In this document: positions 41,552-54,780 of the stretch, in pieces | How positions within the stretch are numbered: the stretch's first letter is position 1 | Layout of the letters: the number at the start of each line of letters is the position of its first letter | Origin: Phallusia mammillata | Taxonomy: Eukaryota | DNA: 64,000 nucleotides | NCBI GenBank assembly: GCA_965637545.1 | Contig: OZ281495.1 | Span: 3,720,001-3,784,000, forward strand | Direction: 5' to 3' | Position numbers and translations under genes: made by a program | The notes under the pieces: generated by a model | Told to the model about the DNA's origin: nothing | The model's input: only the letters and a program-made list of their open reading frames with translations | The model's database searches: none

Positions 41552-42897
41552 TAGCTATCAAACCGCATTATAAATCGATAAAACATTCTTGTGTGCAATT
41601 TTGTCAACTTATGTATCGCCAGTCTATACTTACAGATTATATTCTCTGTTTCCACCCTTGTTTTGACGACGTTTATTGTTTTCCTTACAATATTTATTCT
41701 AAGAGCCGAAGAGTCATACCCTTATTGACAAGATATATAATTGTAATGTTCATTTTCCGTCTTTAATTGTGCATGTTTTTCCAACGTATATATCCCCACG
41801 TGTCATCACCTACCGCCATCTATTGACCAATCTCTCTTGTCGCGTGTCGCTAACGACCATTAATATTGATAAAATGTGTTTTTCATTCAAACACATTGTG
41901 CACCCTTTTTGGGGGGGAGCTTTTTGTAGCGGTTACAACACTATTGTGCAATGTTTATGAAAACGATTGCATGTTATTTCGCAATAACGTTTCACACCAC
42001 GAAATGGAAATGTTTACCCTCATTTCTGCATAGACTAATGTTTATATTTCCGTTTCTATAGTAGTCATAAGTTATTTTCAGCCATTTTTCGGGTTCCAGA
42101 AAGATCTAACAGTAAACATAGTGTTTATTCCCTTATGACACATATTTCCGTCGGTATTTGCAATGTTTCCGCAGTTGTGATTCGTATTAGAACGCGTCGT
42201 TTCCACCCTGTGAAAAAGCATATGGTGTTCACCAAAAGGCGCTATGGCACTATAAATTACATGGCTACCTTAAAATAAATAATATAAGTAATATGAGAAA
42301 AAGAATTCGTACACCGGCTTATGTTTCGCATTGTTATATAAGCGTGGACTTTGATGTTTGCGGGGGGCTATTTTCGGCCTTCTATTCGTCGTTCTATTTG
42401 GGTTCTATTTGTGGGTTCTATTTGTTCCTGCTATTTCCACCGGGAAAGCGGCTATTTTGGGGCTTCTATTGTTATCCCATGTGGATGTGTAGCTGATTTG
42501 AACGTTCGCCTTTGACGTTATTCAAGAATACAAAGAAAGAAGAGACATATGTGTGGCTGTTAATCAGCCAGCTGTTATTGAGATGCAAAGATCAGACTCA
42601 CCAAACAATTTGCAATGAACATCATAGTTTACATTGTAGCCGCCTTTAACAAGTCGCCATCGAGGCAGGTCGGGCTACACACGCTTATTTTGCAGTTGCA
42701 GTTGGGCTGAGTAAGCTGGATAGCAGCGGCGAAATCAGAAAACTACAAAGCTTTCGCTAAAATTACCTGTTCTTCCTGTCAATTAGATGGGTAGAGAAAC
42801 CGCTAATTTTGGAAAAAGTGCTTTGCCGCATAACGCGTCGTTTTGAACGACGTGTGACGTCATAATGACGTCATTGGGGATTTTCCCAAAAAAAATT

Positions 42898-42935
42898 GTT
42901 GGACCCCCCCTTTAAAAATTTCTGGATACGCCCCT
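42898..42935 (-). mobile_element. Terminus of a GC-rich MITE-like element that hosted the LTR insertion
   Basis: Reverse complement is caggggcgtatccagaaatttttaaagggggggtcc. A related gggtccggaccccccc motif lies at 37617-37634, at the other edge of the foreign block. Confidence 0.5.
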
Positions 42936-45900
42936 GGTTCAGGTTATGTGGTTCTGGGAAGTTTGTGTTTATAGTGACTTAATTTGACATACATAATTAC
43001 AAATACATTGGCCAGAAGAGCTCTATAAACTTGACATAATTAGTTTGTTATGACATTAATTTGTGTCACTGATGTTTGGCAAAGACCATTTTGTCTACCT
43101 CTTGTTTATTTGTTACATTTTTGTGCATAATAGTTTATTATGGGACTCATTCTGATCTTGATTATTTGTGTCATTTTTAACTTAAAGGTGTTTCAATTTT
43201 AATTCTCAGTATGCGCATGGAATTACTTAAATGCTTTATGTGATGGAGCTTTAAACGTTTACTAAACAACTTATATTGTGATGTAATTAAATTTTTCTTA
43301 CAGTCCTACATTTCTGAACAACTAGTGGGAGAAATCACTGAAGTGGAACGGTACTTGATAAATGTGACGAAGGACAAATTTTGCAGCCAACAACCGACGG
43401 GAAATCCCCGACTGAAACGAAATCTTGAATCAATAGCGCCCACTGGCGGATATGTTAACGCGCTTTGACGTGCCACTGAATTCACCACCCATGAAAGTAC
43501 GTCACATCGTTAGATTCGAAAAAGGAAAAAGGTTTGACGGTTTGAAGGTCTGTATTTTACGATTACAAAAACACTTGTCGGTTTTACGCCACTATTTAAA
43601 CCTGATAACCCAGGGGTGTCCAACTCGTACACAGTGCTGTGCCAATTTCTGTGTTCCACTCTGTACAAACGTTCGTTTTATTTTGTAGTCCCTTTAGAGC
43701 ATTTCCGAATAAATGTATAAAATAAAGCTTGACATAAATATTGCAACATAATTTCCTCCATGCAAAGTGATGCCGCAACAACATGTAGGATTGTATTCAC
43801 CTATTTCGTAGAATAACCACCATTTGTTGCAACACAGAGAAAATTAACAAATCATGGTTGTCGACAAACATTCACCCTTTGTTACCTGTAATAGAAGCGA
43901 GAAATATTGCTCGATAGAGGTGACTCTCATACATTTCACACCATTTTGCAATTTACAAGTCGCGCCATCAAAAATAAGACGACAGAAAGATCACAGGCTT
44001 TCGGTTTTTATACTATTTGGCCCTCGCGCATTATTACCAAATTCATACAACTTCTTGTTAACAAATTTAGTGACCTCTGGTTTATACTACTGCTTCACAT
44101 ACTAAGATGCTTCACATACAGAATTGAATGTGGTTTGTCGTACTTGTGGCATTTTTTTAATTGTGGCAATATTATACCTGACATTGACTGTGGACACCCC
44201 CGAGTTAACATATTGTCTCGTACGACCAACCTGAACTGTCTTAAGATATCAAGTCACAAATATTTAACGTTCAGTACACGGAATGACTTCACTGAGTACC
44301 TAGAAACCCTCTTCTTTGGGCAACTGACAGTGCATCGCGCCACTAAGCGACGTGTTGTCCATGTGCAACGATTTGAAAACTTAGCGTTGTAGTTCATAAA
44401 TATGACGTAACAATGTCCATCTTCACAGAGACGAAATCGCCTTCCATAAGATGTTTTTTATTTCAGATCCGCCATTAATATTTGTCACTTAGTCAATTTT
44501 TGACCATCGGTTGCTTCGATGGTCAAATATGCTTTTTTGCTTATCTGACTTAAACCTAAAGACATTTATTTTTCAACATGTTTCCGAGATGCGTGATATT
44601 TATTTCGATGATTGTTTTTACAGACAGATGCACGTGCTTTGTGACATGGGAACAAGTTTAACCTGGCAAAGACGAAAACACTTCGTGGACAAAAAGTTGT
44701 GTAAATTGATGAAAAGTTTTTCCTATTGTGACGAGTTTGACTCAGCCCATGGATTGTATATCACATTTTTGGGAATCTTGTTTAAAAGCATAGTTTTCAC
44801 GTTAACACGTCACATGTTAATGTCTAATACTCAAATATTTTTATCCACTAGGGGGTGCACCAGAGTTATGATGTGTGATATTGTGCTTGCTGCATTCGAC
44901 CGGGATGAAATGTCAAAATTAAAACCGTCTGCAGTGATTTGGTTGTGGTTCCCCTTGTATCCAAGCTATAGTTTTCCCCGTTTCTGCAACAAAATCTGTA
45001 CCTTTTGCACTTTCAATGCTGATTAAGTTTTGTGATTTTCAAAAATCTTTGAAGGACCAAATACTTGTGGCTCTCTTCAAATTGGTTTGAAACACCGATT
45101 TGTGGAGGCTAAAATTTTTGCATTTTTAACTTGGGTAGCAAGCTCTACAAGAAAATACTTCATTATCAACACAATACTACAAATACATGAGTATCTTCTT
45201 GAAATTTGTCGCCGGACAACGTACACCGCTTATTTAGTCGATGGCTAGTCACGTTTTAATGTGATAAATAACCACCGCCAGTCTGAGTGGTTCTGCGATT
45301 TATGTGTTTGCCGTGGTGCGTAACAACTGTTGCTTTCGGATAATGGCAAAGCAAAACTTCTAGTGCAGTGTTTCCAAAACGTTTTCTACTCGCGTAACTC
45401 TTGAAGATATCGCTTAGTTTTCGCGTTTCACTTTTCCAAATATAGATTACACTGTAGCAGCCATCATCATGATAGTACTGTTTGTTGCGTCATAAACGTT
45501 TCAAAGGCCTGTAAACGTGATCATGGCAAGAATGCGCAAATACACTACTTAATTTTTTCATTATACGATATTTCGATATTTTTGCCAACTATAGTAAGCT
45601 TATGTGCCACATGAAAAGCCTTTGTGTACCACAGTTAAGAAACCACACTCTACTAGTAGCTATGCACAGCGACATGTTGTAATTGTAAGGTGGTTTTGTC
45701 GGGGCAGCCAATTATAAAATAGAATAACGTTATGACACCAACACGCCTGTTACTGCGAAACGTTATGACGTCACGCCTTATTGAGATCGTGCATCTGTCA
45801 CGGTTGTTGCACAAGCGGTCACGTGTTTATTGAAAGAGATGGACGTGACAACTGATTCTAATTTTATTTCGTTGTCGTTGATCCATTTATTAGTTGATAA

Positions 45901-46073
45901 TCCATACCATTTCTTAAATAAAGCGATTGTGCACAAAGTCAAAAAATCCAACATAAAGTTTATTTAGCACGAAAAATTGAATTTGGTAAAAGGATTTTGT
46001 TACTGACAAAACTTCATCTGTTTTGCAGCAAACATAACCACTTTTTCATTTTGAATGTCAATTTTCGTCAAGC

Positions 46074-46245
46074 CAAAGTTTTATTGTTGTTTCCATCGAT
46101 GCCAAATCCCCGATGTAACCTTGATTCATTTCATAGCAATGCAAACTCTCAACCTACCAATTAGGCCTAGATCGATTTTTCCCGTTTATTTGGAGTTCGC
46201 GTATTTGCTAAGTCATTTCACGCATCAGTGGAATCACGTGATCAC
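46074..46245 (-). pseudogene. Decayed internal fragment of the TPR exon
   Basis: aagttttattgttgtttccatcgatgccaaatccccgatgtaa is identical to 55027-55069. Translates ...DHVIPLMREMT*QIRELQIN...EMNQGYIGDLASMETTIKL, with stops. Confidence 0.88.
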
Positions 46246-47419
46246 GCTCTACCGCAAACGTAAGCAGTGCTTTCAAAGTGTTGGTCATGAAATAGCTATT
46301 AGGTGTGTTTTTATGTAGCCTACTCCAAAATCCACAATTGAAGCTACAACTCTCTGTGATGTCATGCTTTAAGTGCGTGCAAACGATAAAAGTTTACATT
46401 TTTTTCTGTGCGCGTTATTTTTTTGCTAACAGCGACATTGTCTAAAAATTTTTTTTTTAAATAAAGTTGCCCTGAAGATGATCTAAACCAGTGTTTTTTT
46501 AAATAAGGCCCATGCCCCTTTGATAATCGTGCAATGTACTAGTCGCATTCAGTGTTATTACCCTGAGACGTTGGAATAAAAGTTAATTTAATGTAAAACT
46601 ATTTCTGCAATAACATGTAGGACTAAATTCACCTAATTTTACAGAACACTCAAAAGGATCCAAAAGTTGTTTGTTTTATCACAGACCAAACCAAAAGTAT
46701 CAACGCCTTCATTATTGTGCGTGAAGAAACTGCTTTCTAATGTTAATTGTGATAGAATAAATGAGTTTTGCCTGCAGCAAAGATTCTATAATTTTTGAAA
46801 CAATTTTACTATTTGACAGTAGCACGATCTGACTCTAGCAAAGATTGCAATGTTGTTGGTTCCGGAAAGACGCGCGTTAGGGCTTGCAAACTATGTGGCC
46901 CTCGCAAGATATTTTTAATATTATCCGGCCCGCAGTGAAAAATGTTTGATAATCCCTGCGTTCGGACAATCAGTACAAAACCGTGCTACGAATTGATTAT
47001 TTGCTTATTACACAATAATGTAACGGGCAAGTCATAACGGTTTTTGTGACATCTCAATTGAATGTGTGATTTGTTTACTGCTGACGTACAGAAGTAGTGT
47101 GCTAACAATTTCAGTTGCAACTTGTTACATAAAAAACGTTGGTGTTTCACTTGGCGTTGGCTCTCTTTACATGTTATGCAGAAAGGACCTATACATGTTA
47201 AGTACGGCTTTGGAAGCTAAAAAGGGGGCCTTAGAAAAAGAAAAGCATGGGATTGGAAATGTTTCGGACGTCACAATACACCGAGCGTTAACTTGAGATG
47301 CTTGCTGCTCGACCAATCAAAACAATTGCAGTTTTGGCCCATCATGTGTACTAAAAAAGCAATGAGCACTGCATGTAGTTAGTGGTATCATGTTGAATTA
47401 ACCATTAGAATATCTAAAG

Positions 47420-48509
47420 TAGGGTTGCCATATTTTATGAAACACAATCCCTGACAAAATTTATCTCGGTTGCGTGAACCCAGTTTTTCTCAAACTTTAA
47501 GTGTAAATGTGTTGACGTAAGTCGTGTATTTCAGAAAAACTAAAGTTGATTGCAGGATTTTAGCTAGTTATGCAAAATTGCGCATAACAATGATCCAAAC
47601 CTGACATCACCGACAGGACAAAAAACATTACAATTGTGCGCGAACAATTGCATTTTTGTTAGTTGTCATGCAATAAAGCCTATTGTTTAACAATGGAGAC
47701 GGTCGATTCTCACTTGAACTTTGATTTCAACTTATCTAGTTGCACAAACTGGATAAAATAAGGATATAAAATTACTTCCACCTTTTCGAGGTCCCCGCAA
47801 AATGCCCTAAAGGACCGCGGACCCCAGTCTGAGAACCGCTGCGTTGACCATTTTTGCGATCCAAACACTTCTATTCCGGAATAAATTAGAATATTGGGAA
47901 GTCACACGGACAGCGATACGAGAAAACGTTACATACGATACTCTGATCCTTGTCAATTAACTTTCTGCGCACCCTCTGTTTAGTTAAGTTTTTTTTAACC
48001 AAAACAATTAAACGATGGGAGTCACAAGGACCTTTTTAAATTTGAAGTAAAATGCAACTGTAAAAATGTTCTTATGTCTCACGCACTTGACTTTTAGTTG
48101 TAAGTTACTTCCCTGCATAATAGGTACACAGTTAAATGAAAGTTCCCCCGTTCTCATGTAGCTTCGAATGCTGTGTTTTCTTGGGACGCGGATTTTTATT
48201 TGTGTATTTAACGCATATTGTTAAACATCTAGTAACAAACAGGTATTGTTACGCGCACACACACACCAAACAGTAACATGTACGTTAACCTGCGCGCCGC
48301 CAGTTTACCTCTTATCGTTTCATGGTATAGGCGCGGTTGTAGCTATCTACTAGAAACTTTCTCCGTCGGTACATTAATTTAATAATATATACAAATACTT
48401 TTTCTTGAATTCCGGACTTTTAGGTACATTTTAACATTTCTCCCTGACGCAGATTTAAACAGTAAATTCCCGGACATGTCAGGGAAAATCCGGACGAATG
48501 GCAACCCTA
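47420..48509. mobile_element. hAT-type MITE (1090 bp)
   Basis: TIRs tagggttgcca / tggcaacccta. 8-bp TSD atctaaag at 47412-47419 and 48510-48517. Confidence 0.92.
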
Positions 48510-49236
48510 ATCTAAAGTAACTTACATCTTTTCTTTGTTTTCACTTAATCCCTTATTTCCCCTTAATGCTGTTTTTTATTTGCCTTATTTTTCTTTGTCC
48601 TAGTGGCACGCTTTTTTCACGCACTGTATTTTCCTCGACGCATTTTCCGCATCGTTAATTTGCGCTCCCGGGTGTGCCGGGAAACCTTGTGATATTGTGC
48701 GAGCCGGTGATTGGCCAACGGCTTGCAAACCTAGTTCCGTTTTGCACGTGTTGATAAAAAACGAGGCAGTCTTCTGGTGGGCGTCTACTGTACGGTTGTT
48801 TTCTTGTGTCGTTGTTTTTATGTGCTGTGATAGTTGACAGGTAAAGAGACCTGGCTTGTTGACGTTGGTGTGACGTTGTTTATGCTATAGCTTATAATAT
48901 AATAAACTGTGAGACGCCCCTTTAGCAAAACCAGTGTTAGGTAGATCCGGCTTTTGTGGTGAGCCGTCATTGCAGGGTTCTGGGCCGCTTACAGAATTGG
49001 GGAGACAGTCTCGGGGAATAGATCAGATTGGCTGGGCGTTTGGGACTTATTTGGCAAAGGTAATCCCACCCCCGAGATCGCTAGACCCAATTCCGGGCTG
49101 TCAAAACAATTGGGTAACCAATTGGCGAGCACGCCAGGACCCTGCCACCACGACCCACTGGTTTCGGTAGGAAGACTGTTTTTTTATTGTATTTTATTAG
49201 GTTTTTACATTTTATTCCATTTTTATTATTTTTATC

Positions 49237-50682
49237 ATGTTTTTTGACCTCATGATGCAACCTCCAACACTGAGGCCTGGAGACGATCTAACCCAGTATT
49301 TTATCGTCTTTGAGTCCTACTGCTCCTGCGTTAATGCCTCTGATCAAGTAAAGCGGCATTTGTTGCTTTCGGCCATAGATAATGACCTAAAATGGGCACT
49401 GCAAGACAAGGACTGTAACTTGGATGAAGTCGAGTACGAAGTGTTGAAGGAACGCGCTTTGCGCCACAGGGACAGTGGGCAACACGGTGAGCACCGCAGG
49501 GATGAACTGATTGGACGCGTGCAACTGCCCGGTGAATCCAGTCGCGAGTTTGTTTACGCACTCCGCGCTTTACGAGATATCGCATACCGCAATGGTTCCG
49601 ATGCGGCGTTGAGGAACGAGATGTTGTATGTGACTTTGTTGCGAGGTTTGCACGACCGTCGATTGGCCAACTCAATTCCATCTCTCATCAAATACTCGCG
49701 CGATTTCGCGGGCGCGTCTCAAATAGTTATTGATCATACCAGCTCTCCTGTTATTGAAGTAGCCGCGGTTGAATCAAATACTCCGGATATGGAGAAGATT
49801 CTTAAAAAGCTCGAAGCTATGGAAATCCGGACCCTGCAAAGGACCGACGAACTGACAATGACCATTTGCGCCATGGAAGCAGAAATATCAACGCTGAAGA
49901 GGACGAACGAACAATTACGGTACAGTCCAGTACATTCGGGCGAGCGCAGATGTTTCGAATGCAACAGACCCGGTCACTTTAAACGTGAATGTCCATTTCT
50001 AGGTACGACCGGCGCAAAGGCGCGTGGCCCCAAGGGGCAAAGATCAATGAATTCTTGCATTTCTAGACACGCGGACCTTACGCGAAGTAAACGACAGAAA
50101 ACGACACCATCTCGGGCCTGGAAGCAACAGCTTCAGCCAGTCGACGTAAACAACACCGACAACTCCCGTTCGTCTTCGGCCCCGGCTCCCGCACGATTTG
50201 TGAGTTTACTGGTAAACGACAAATATGCATGCACTCTGGTAGATACCTGTTCCAGTGCTACTATAACTAGCTCAAGAAAATTCCAGCAAGTAGGTCTTGT
50301 ATCGGGAAGTAACAGACTACCATTAACCGCTAGATTAATGGGAGCTAATGGAGCCGAACTGTCGGTCGAATGTAGGGTAAACCTAATGATTAATGTCGGT
50401 TCTCGTCTCGCAGAAACAGATGTTTACGTCGTAAAGGATCTAAAGTACGACGTCATACTAGGTTTGGACTTCTTACAACGTCACCAATGTTATCATTCCA
50501 ATACATTATCCGCTGGTGAAGGAAAGGTGCCTTTGCTCAGGTCACCCATGCCATCCCTGAGCGCTGCTGATGTTTTCCTTATGGAGGATATCGAAGTTTC
50601 CCTTTTACCGAGGTACGTGCGTCTTGTCGGATTTGTTACGACCGGCCTTTTGACCCAACTAGCTCGTTGCCCGTGTTTTTAG
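49237..50682 (+). CDS. gag: Gag (CCHC zinc knuckle) plus aspartic protease of the gypsy element
   Basis: CFECNRPGHFKREC knuckle; protease motif LVDTCSSAT (DTG degenerate); DVILGLDFL. Confidence 0.9.
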   Translation: MFFDLMMQPPTLRPGDDLTQYFIVFESYCSCVNASDQVKRHLLLSAIDNDLKWALQDKDCNLDEVEYEVLKERALRHRDSGQHGEHRRDELIGRVQLPGESSREFVYALRALRDIAYRNGSDAALRNEMLYVTLLRGLHDRRLANSIPSLIKYSRDFAGASQIVIDHTSSPVIEVAAVESNTPDMEKILKKLEAMEIRTLQRTDELTMTICAMEAEISTLKRTNEQLRYSPVHSGERRCFECNRPGHFKRECPFLGTTGAKARGPKGQRSMNSCISRHADLTRSKRQKTTPSRAWKQQLQPVDVNNTDNSRSSSAPAPARFVSLLVNDKYACTLVDTCSSATITSSRKFQQVGLVSGSNRLPLTARLMGANGAELSVECRVNLMINVGSRLAETDVYVVKDLKYDVILGLDFLQRHQCYHSNTLSAGEGKVPLLRSPMPSLSAADVFLMEDIEVSLLPRYVRLVGFVTTGLLTQLARCPCF

Positions 50683-52975
50683 AAAGATTGTCTGGGTTTA
50701 CCGAAAAGTATGGCCTGATGACAGCGGCAAGTTTAGGTACAGCCGCAGGAGACAGCACTACAGTGCTCCTGGCAAACCTTGGGGACCAAACGATAAGTTT
50801 ACCTAGTGGATTAAGAGTAGCGCACGCCCTTCCGGTGTCTGTCTTTGGCGATATTAATTGCTACCTGCCTGAAACGTATGTGGTCGTTGAGAGACGCGAC
50901 GATGTGTGTAACCACCCTGATTGTTTTGGTTCGCAGCTTGAAGTGTGTTTTGTGTCATCTGCACCTGTAGTAGCAAATGACCAACTTCACTGCATATTAG
51001 AACAAGTTAATATCGGTGTAAATTTGTCAGATAAGCAACGGACCGAGCTGGACCAGCTGTTGTGAGAACACAGTGATGCGTTTGCCGCTTCGAAAAAAAC
51101 TCTCGGTCGAACTGAAGTCGCGCGTCATCACATTGACACTGGAGAGCACCAACCTGTTCGGCAACCTTCTCGAAGGATGCCCCACCACAACAAAGAAAAA
51201 GTCGAGGAGATACTTAGGGAAATGAAGAGCCAAGGTTTGATACGGCCGTCGAAATCTCCCTGGTGTAGCCCAATCGTGTTGGTAAGAAAGAGATCAGGAG
51301 AGACTCTATTTTGTGTAGACTACCGTAAACTCAATGAACTAACAAAAAAGAATAGCTACCCCCATCCCGCGCATAGACGATAGTCTTGACCAAATGTCAA
51401 AATCAGTCTATTTTTCTACCCTAGATTTAAAATCCGGGTATTGGCAAGTTACTGAAGATTCAGAATCACGTGAAAAAACTGCTTTTACGAGCCACGTCGG
51501 GTTATTTGAGTTCAATGTGATGCCTATGGGCTTGTGCAATGCTGCCGCAACCTTTCAGCGCTTGATGCACCTGGTGCTTAATGGAATTGAATGGCGTGGT
51601 GCACTTGCATATTTAGACGACATAATCGTCTATTCCAGAACGTTCGAAGAACATATACATAGGCTTTCTGATGTTTTGGGACGCATTAAATCCGCCGGGC
51701 TGACGCTAAAGCCGTCCAAGTGTTCACTCTTTACAGGTGGTAGTTGATTATCTAGGTCACGTTGTGTCAAAAGAAGGAATTCGCTGCGATCCATGTAAAA
51801 TACAGGCAGTGTCACAATGGCCCGTACCACGGGACGTTAAAGAGGTCCGGCATTTTTTAGGGTTAACTTCCTATTATTATTTATTTCGGCACGAGAAGTG
51901 TCAGCAGGCGTTTTCACTTCTAAAGGAGCATCTGACGACTTCTTCAATCTTGCGATATCCTGACTTCAGCAAACCTTTTATTATTGACACGGACGCCTCG
52001 GATACAGCTGTAGGATGTGTGCTCTCACAAGAGACTGACGGTAAGGAGTCTGTAGTCGCGTATGGCAGTCGAACCCTTAATCGCGCTGAACGAAACTATT
52101 CGACGACCCGTAAAGAATTACTCGCTGTAGTGTTCGCAACCAAGCTATATCGTTGCTACCTGCTGGGCAAAAAGTTTCTACTCCGTACTGACCATGCTTC
52201 ATTAAGGTGACTATAGAGGTCCAGGGGACTGTATGGTCAGTGCGCCCGGTGGGTCGAACACTTGTCGTCTTACAATTTTGTCATTTCTCACAGCCAAGGT
52301 GATAAGCACCGCAATGCAGATGCTTTGTCGCGACTAAACGTGGAGGAAGACTGTTTCCCTTACAAACTGGTCCAAAGTGCTCCGGATCACACAACCGAAG
52401 AGGGCAACGTCGTCGATTTTCGTGCGTCAATCGGGTACAACTGTGACGAACTACAAGAGGAGCAGGCATCAGACGACGATTTGATGGAGGTGATCGACTG
52501 GCTCAAACGAGAACAATCGTCGATGGGATGAGGCTCTCCCCGCAGTCGTTGCAGCTTACAACGCAAGCGCACATGAAAGCACCGGTTTTGCACCACATAC
52601 CCTGCTTACCGGACGCCCTCTCCGCCTCCCTGCCGACCTGTCTGGACCCGACCATACGGTGCTCCTATGAGGTAGAAGTCGACCGAGTGAGGGATTGCCT
52701 ATTACTCGCCGAGGAAGTTGTCCGAGAGACTCTTTCGGTGCAGCGACAAAGAATGGCGGAAAGGTACAACAAGCGACAGTACGGCCAGTCGCATGAGGTG
52801 GGAAAGTATATTTTACTTTTTACTTACAAATCCGCCAATCCCACAGGGCAAATGTAAGAAGCTGCAACCCTCATATAAGGGACCATATCGCGTAGTAGAA
52901 ACCCAAGGTCCGGTAAATTACGTGATAGAAGATAGAGACGGAAATCGACATACAGTACATTATAACCGAATATAG
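50667..52975 (+). pseudogene. pol: Frameshifted pol: RT, RNase H, integrase C-terminus
   Basis: SPWCSPIVLV/CVDYRKLN, LDLKSGYWQV, YLDDII, DTDASDTAVG, TDHASL, then the GPY/F motif LQPSYKGPYRV. Multiple stops and frameshifts; integrase DDE core not visible. Confidence 0.92.
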
Positions 52976-54780
52976 GCAACTACGGACCGGTTTCATCAAT
53001 GCAGCATTAGCGAGGAAGACGAACAGGATAAGGAGACGAGCCCTGTACCGAACAAGTTTTACCATGTCTATTGTCCAGGTGCAACGCAAACATCGTCATG
53101 TGCCAACGGGGCGTTGGATAACATGCCAGAGGTATCTATTGAGAACAAGGCGGAATCGCTCGAAGGCCGCACACGTGATTGGCCGTAAGAATTTCCACCG
53201 GTGACAGAAGATAAGAGATGATGTTAGGCCAACACGCACGCGAAAACAAACAAGGTTTTATCCGGAATCCGAGTAGTCTAACAGGACTAGGACAAATTCT
53301 GGGATGGGGGAATGTAGCAAAAATATTTCACGTGTCCGCCGCTGCGCATTTTCTTGTCGATTTGTTTCAAACAACACGTTTCTTTCATCTATTTATTTAT
53401 TTGGCTTTATGTTATTCGTGTTCACTTATGTTCACGTTTCACCTATTTGTTTTATATGTTTCACTTATTTTCTCATTTAAATGTATTTCTTACATGTTCT
53501 AAAGTCACTTACATCTTTTCTTTGTTTTCACTTAATCCCTTATTTCCACTTAATGCTGTTTTTCATTTGCCTTATTTTTCTTTGTCCCAGTGGCACGCTT
53601 TTTTCCACGCACTGTATTTTCCTGGCCGCATTTCCGCATCGTTGATTAGCGCTCCCGGATGTGCCGGGAAACCTTGTGATATTGTGCGAGCCGGTTGATT
53701 GGTCAACGACCCGCGAGCTGTGTTCGATTTTGTACGTGGTGTAAAAGACGAGGCAGTCTTCTCTTGGGCGTCTCGCGAACGGTTGTTGTAGTGCCTTGCT
53801 TTTTTGTTTATGTGTCGTGGTTGTTTTATGTGCAGAGGTTTTGTGTACTGGAGTTGTAGTGAACAGTCCGTAGTATTGAAATAATATATAATATAACAAA
53901 CTGTGAGACGCTCTTTTAGCAGAACCAGTGTTAGGTAGATCTGGTTTTCGTGGTGAGCCGTCATTGCAGGGTTCTGGACCGTTTACAGAATTGGGGAGAC
54001 AATCTCGGGGGATAGATCAGATTGGCAGGGCTTTTGGGACTTATTTGGAAAAGATAATACCCCCACCCGAAATCGTTAGACCCAATTCCGGGCTGTCAAA
54101 ACAATTCGGTAACACAGCTTTCTAGTTTAGTTTGGGTTTTGAGTTTTGACTTTGGTGGTTAGTGACAGCAATCCCGTGTTTTATTGTGAAACTGTTTTAC
54201 TGATTTTAATTATTTGAGCGTGTTTGTTTTAACATTCATTTTTACATCGATTTAGATTTCCAGGAACTGATGATGCCACATTGGCGAAATATATATTCCT
54301 TTATTTGAACCGACTGATTCTGTTTTATCAAGGATTGTCCATTGGTTTTACTGTTTCAAACTTTAAAAGCCAACTTTTCCATGATGTACCTAGTTCTGCC
54401 AATGCAATGCTGTCCAAATTGTTTAATTTAAAAAGGACAAATTGAATTTGAATTTGATGATATAAACTGGACTAAAGTAGACTAAAATCTTTGATTTTAA
54501 CCATCTGAAATAAGAATAAACAGGATGATCGACGATCAAAATATAACTTTACACGCTAAAATGTAAACAATGCGAAATGAATGGAAATAATGTTCACTAA
54601 ATGATCTCCAAAAAATGTGGAGTTCATAATTTATGTCAACCTTTTAAATGAGCGAATTTATTTTTACATTTGAGCAAAAAAATCATCGCTAAAATAAAAA
54701 TTTTGCACAACGCTGAAAAATCAAACGAAAAGTTTATTTACAACGAACATTTTTTGTGATTTAACAATAAGCAATTTTAA

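Larger units (their letters stand above)
38185..42679 (+). mobile_element. Non-autonomous LTR retroelement (4.5 kb) with an env-like ORF and no recognisable gag/pol
   Basis: LTRs 38185-38939 and 41925-42679 (offset 3740) start TGTAGC; the 3' LTR ends GCTACA. 4-bp TSD cacg at 38181-38184 and 42680-42683. PBS-like tggtgccca at 38943. PPT gggggggag at 41911-41919. Confidence 0.92.
35590..45030 (+). repeat. Further copy of the duplicated unit, interrupted by a 5.3-kb foreign block at 37621-42935
   Basis: 35590-37620 equals 1-2031. 42936 onward matches about 2613-3960 (without the MITE) and then 9300-10740. Confidence 0.88.
48512..54114 (+). mobile_element. Degenerate Ty3/gypsy LTR retrotransposon
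   Basis: Partial 5' LTR about 48512-49120 and 3' LTR 53313-54114 (TGTAGC...GGTAACA). PBS tggcgagcacgccagga at 49123, PPT gggatgggggaa at 53301-53312, gag-pol remnants in between. No TSD found. Confidence 0.93.
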
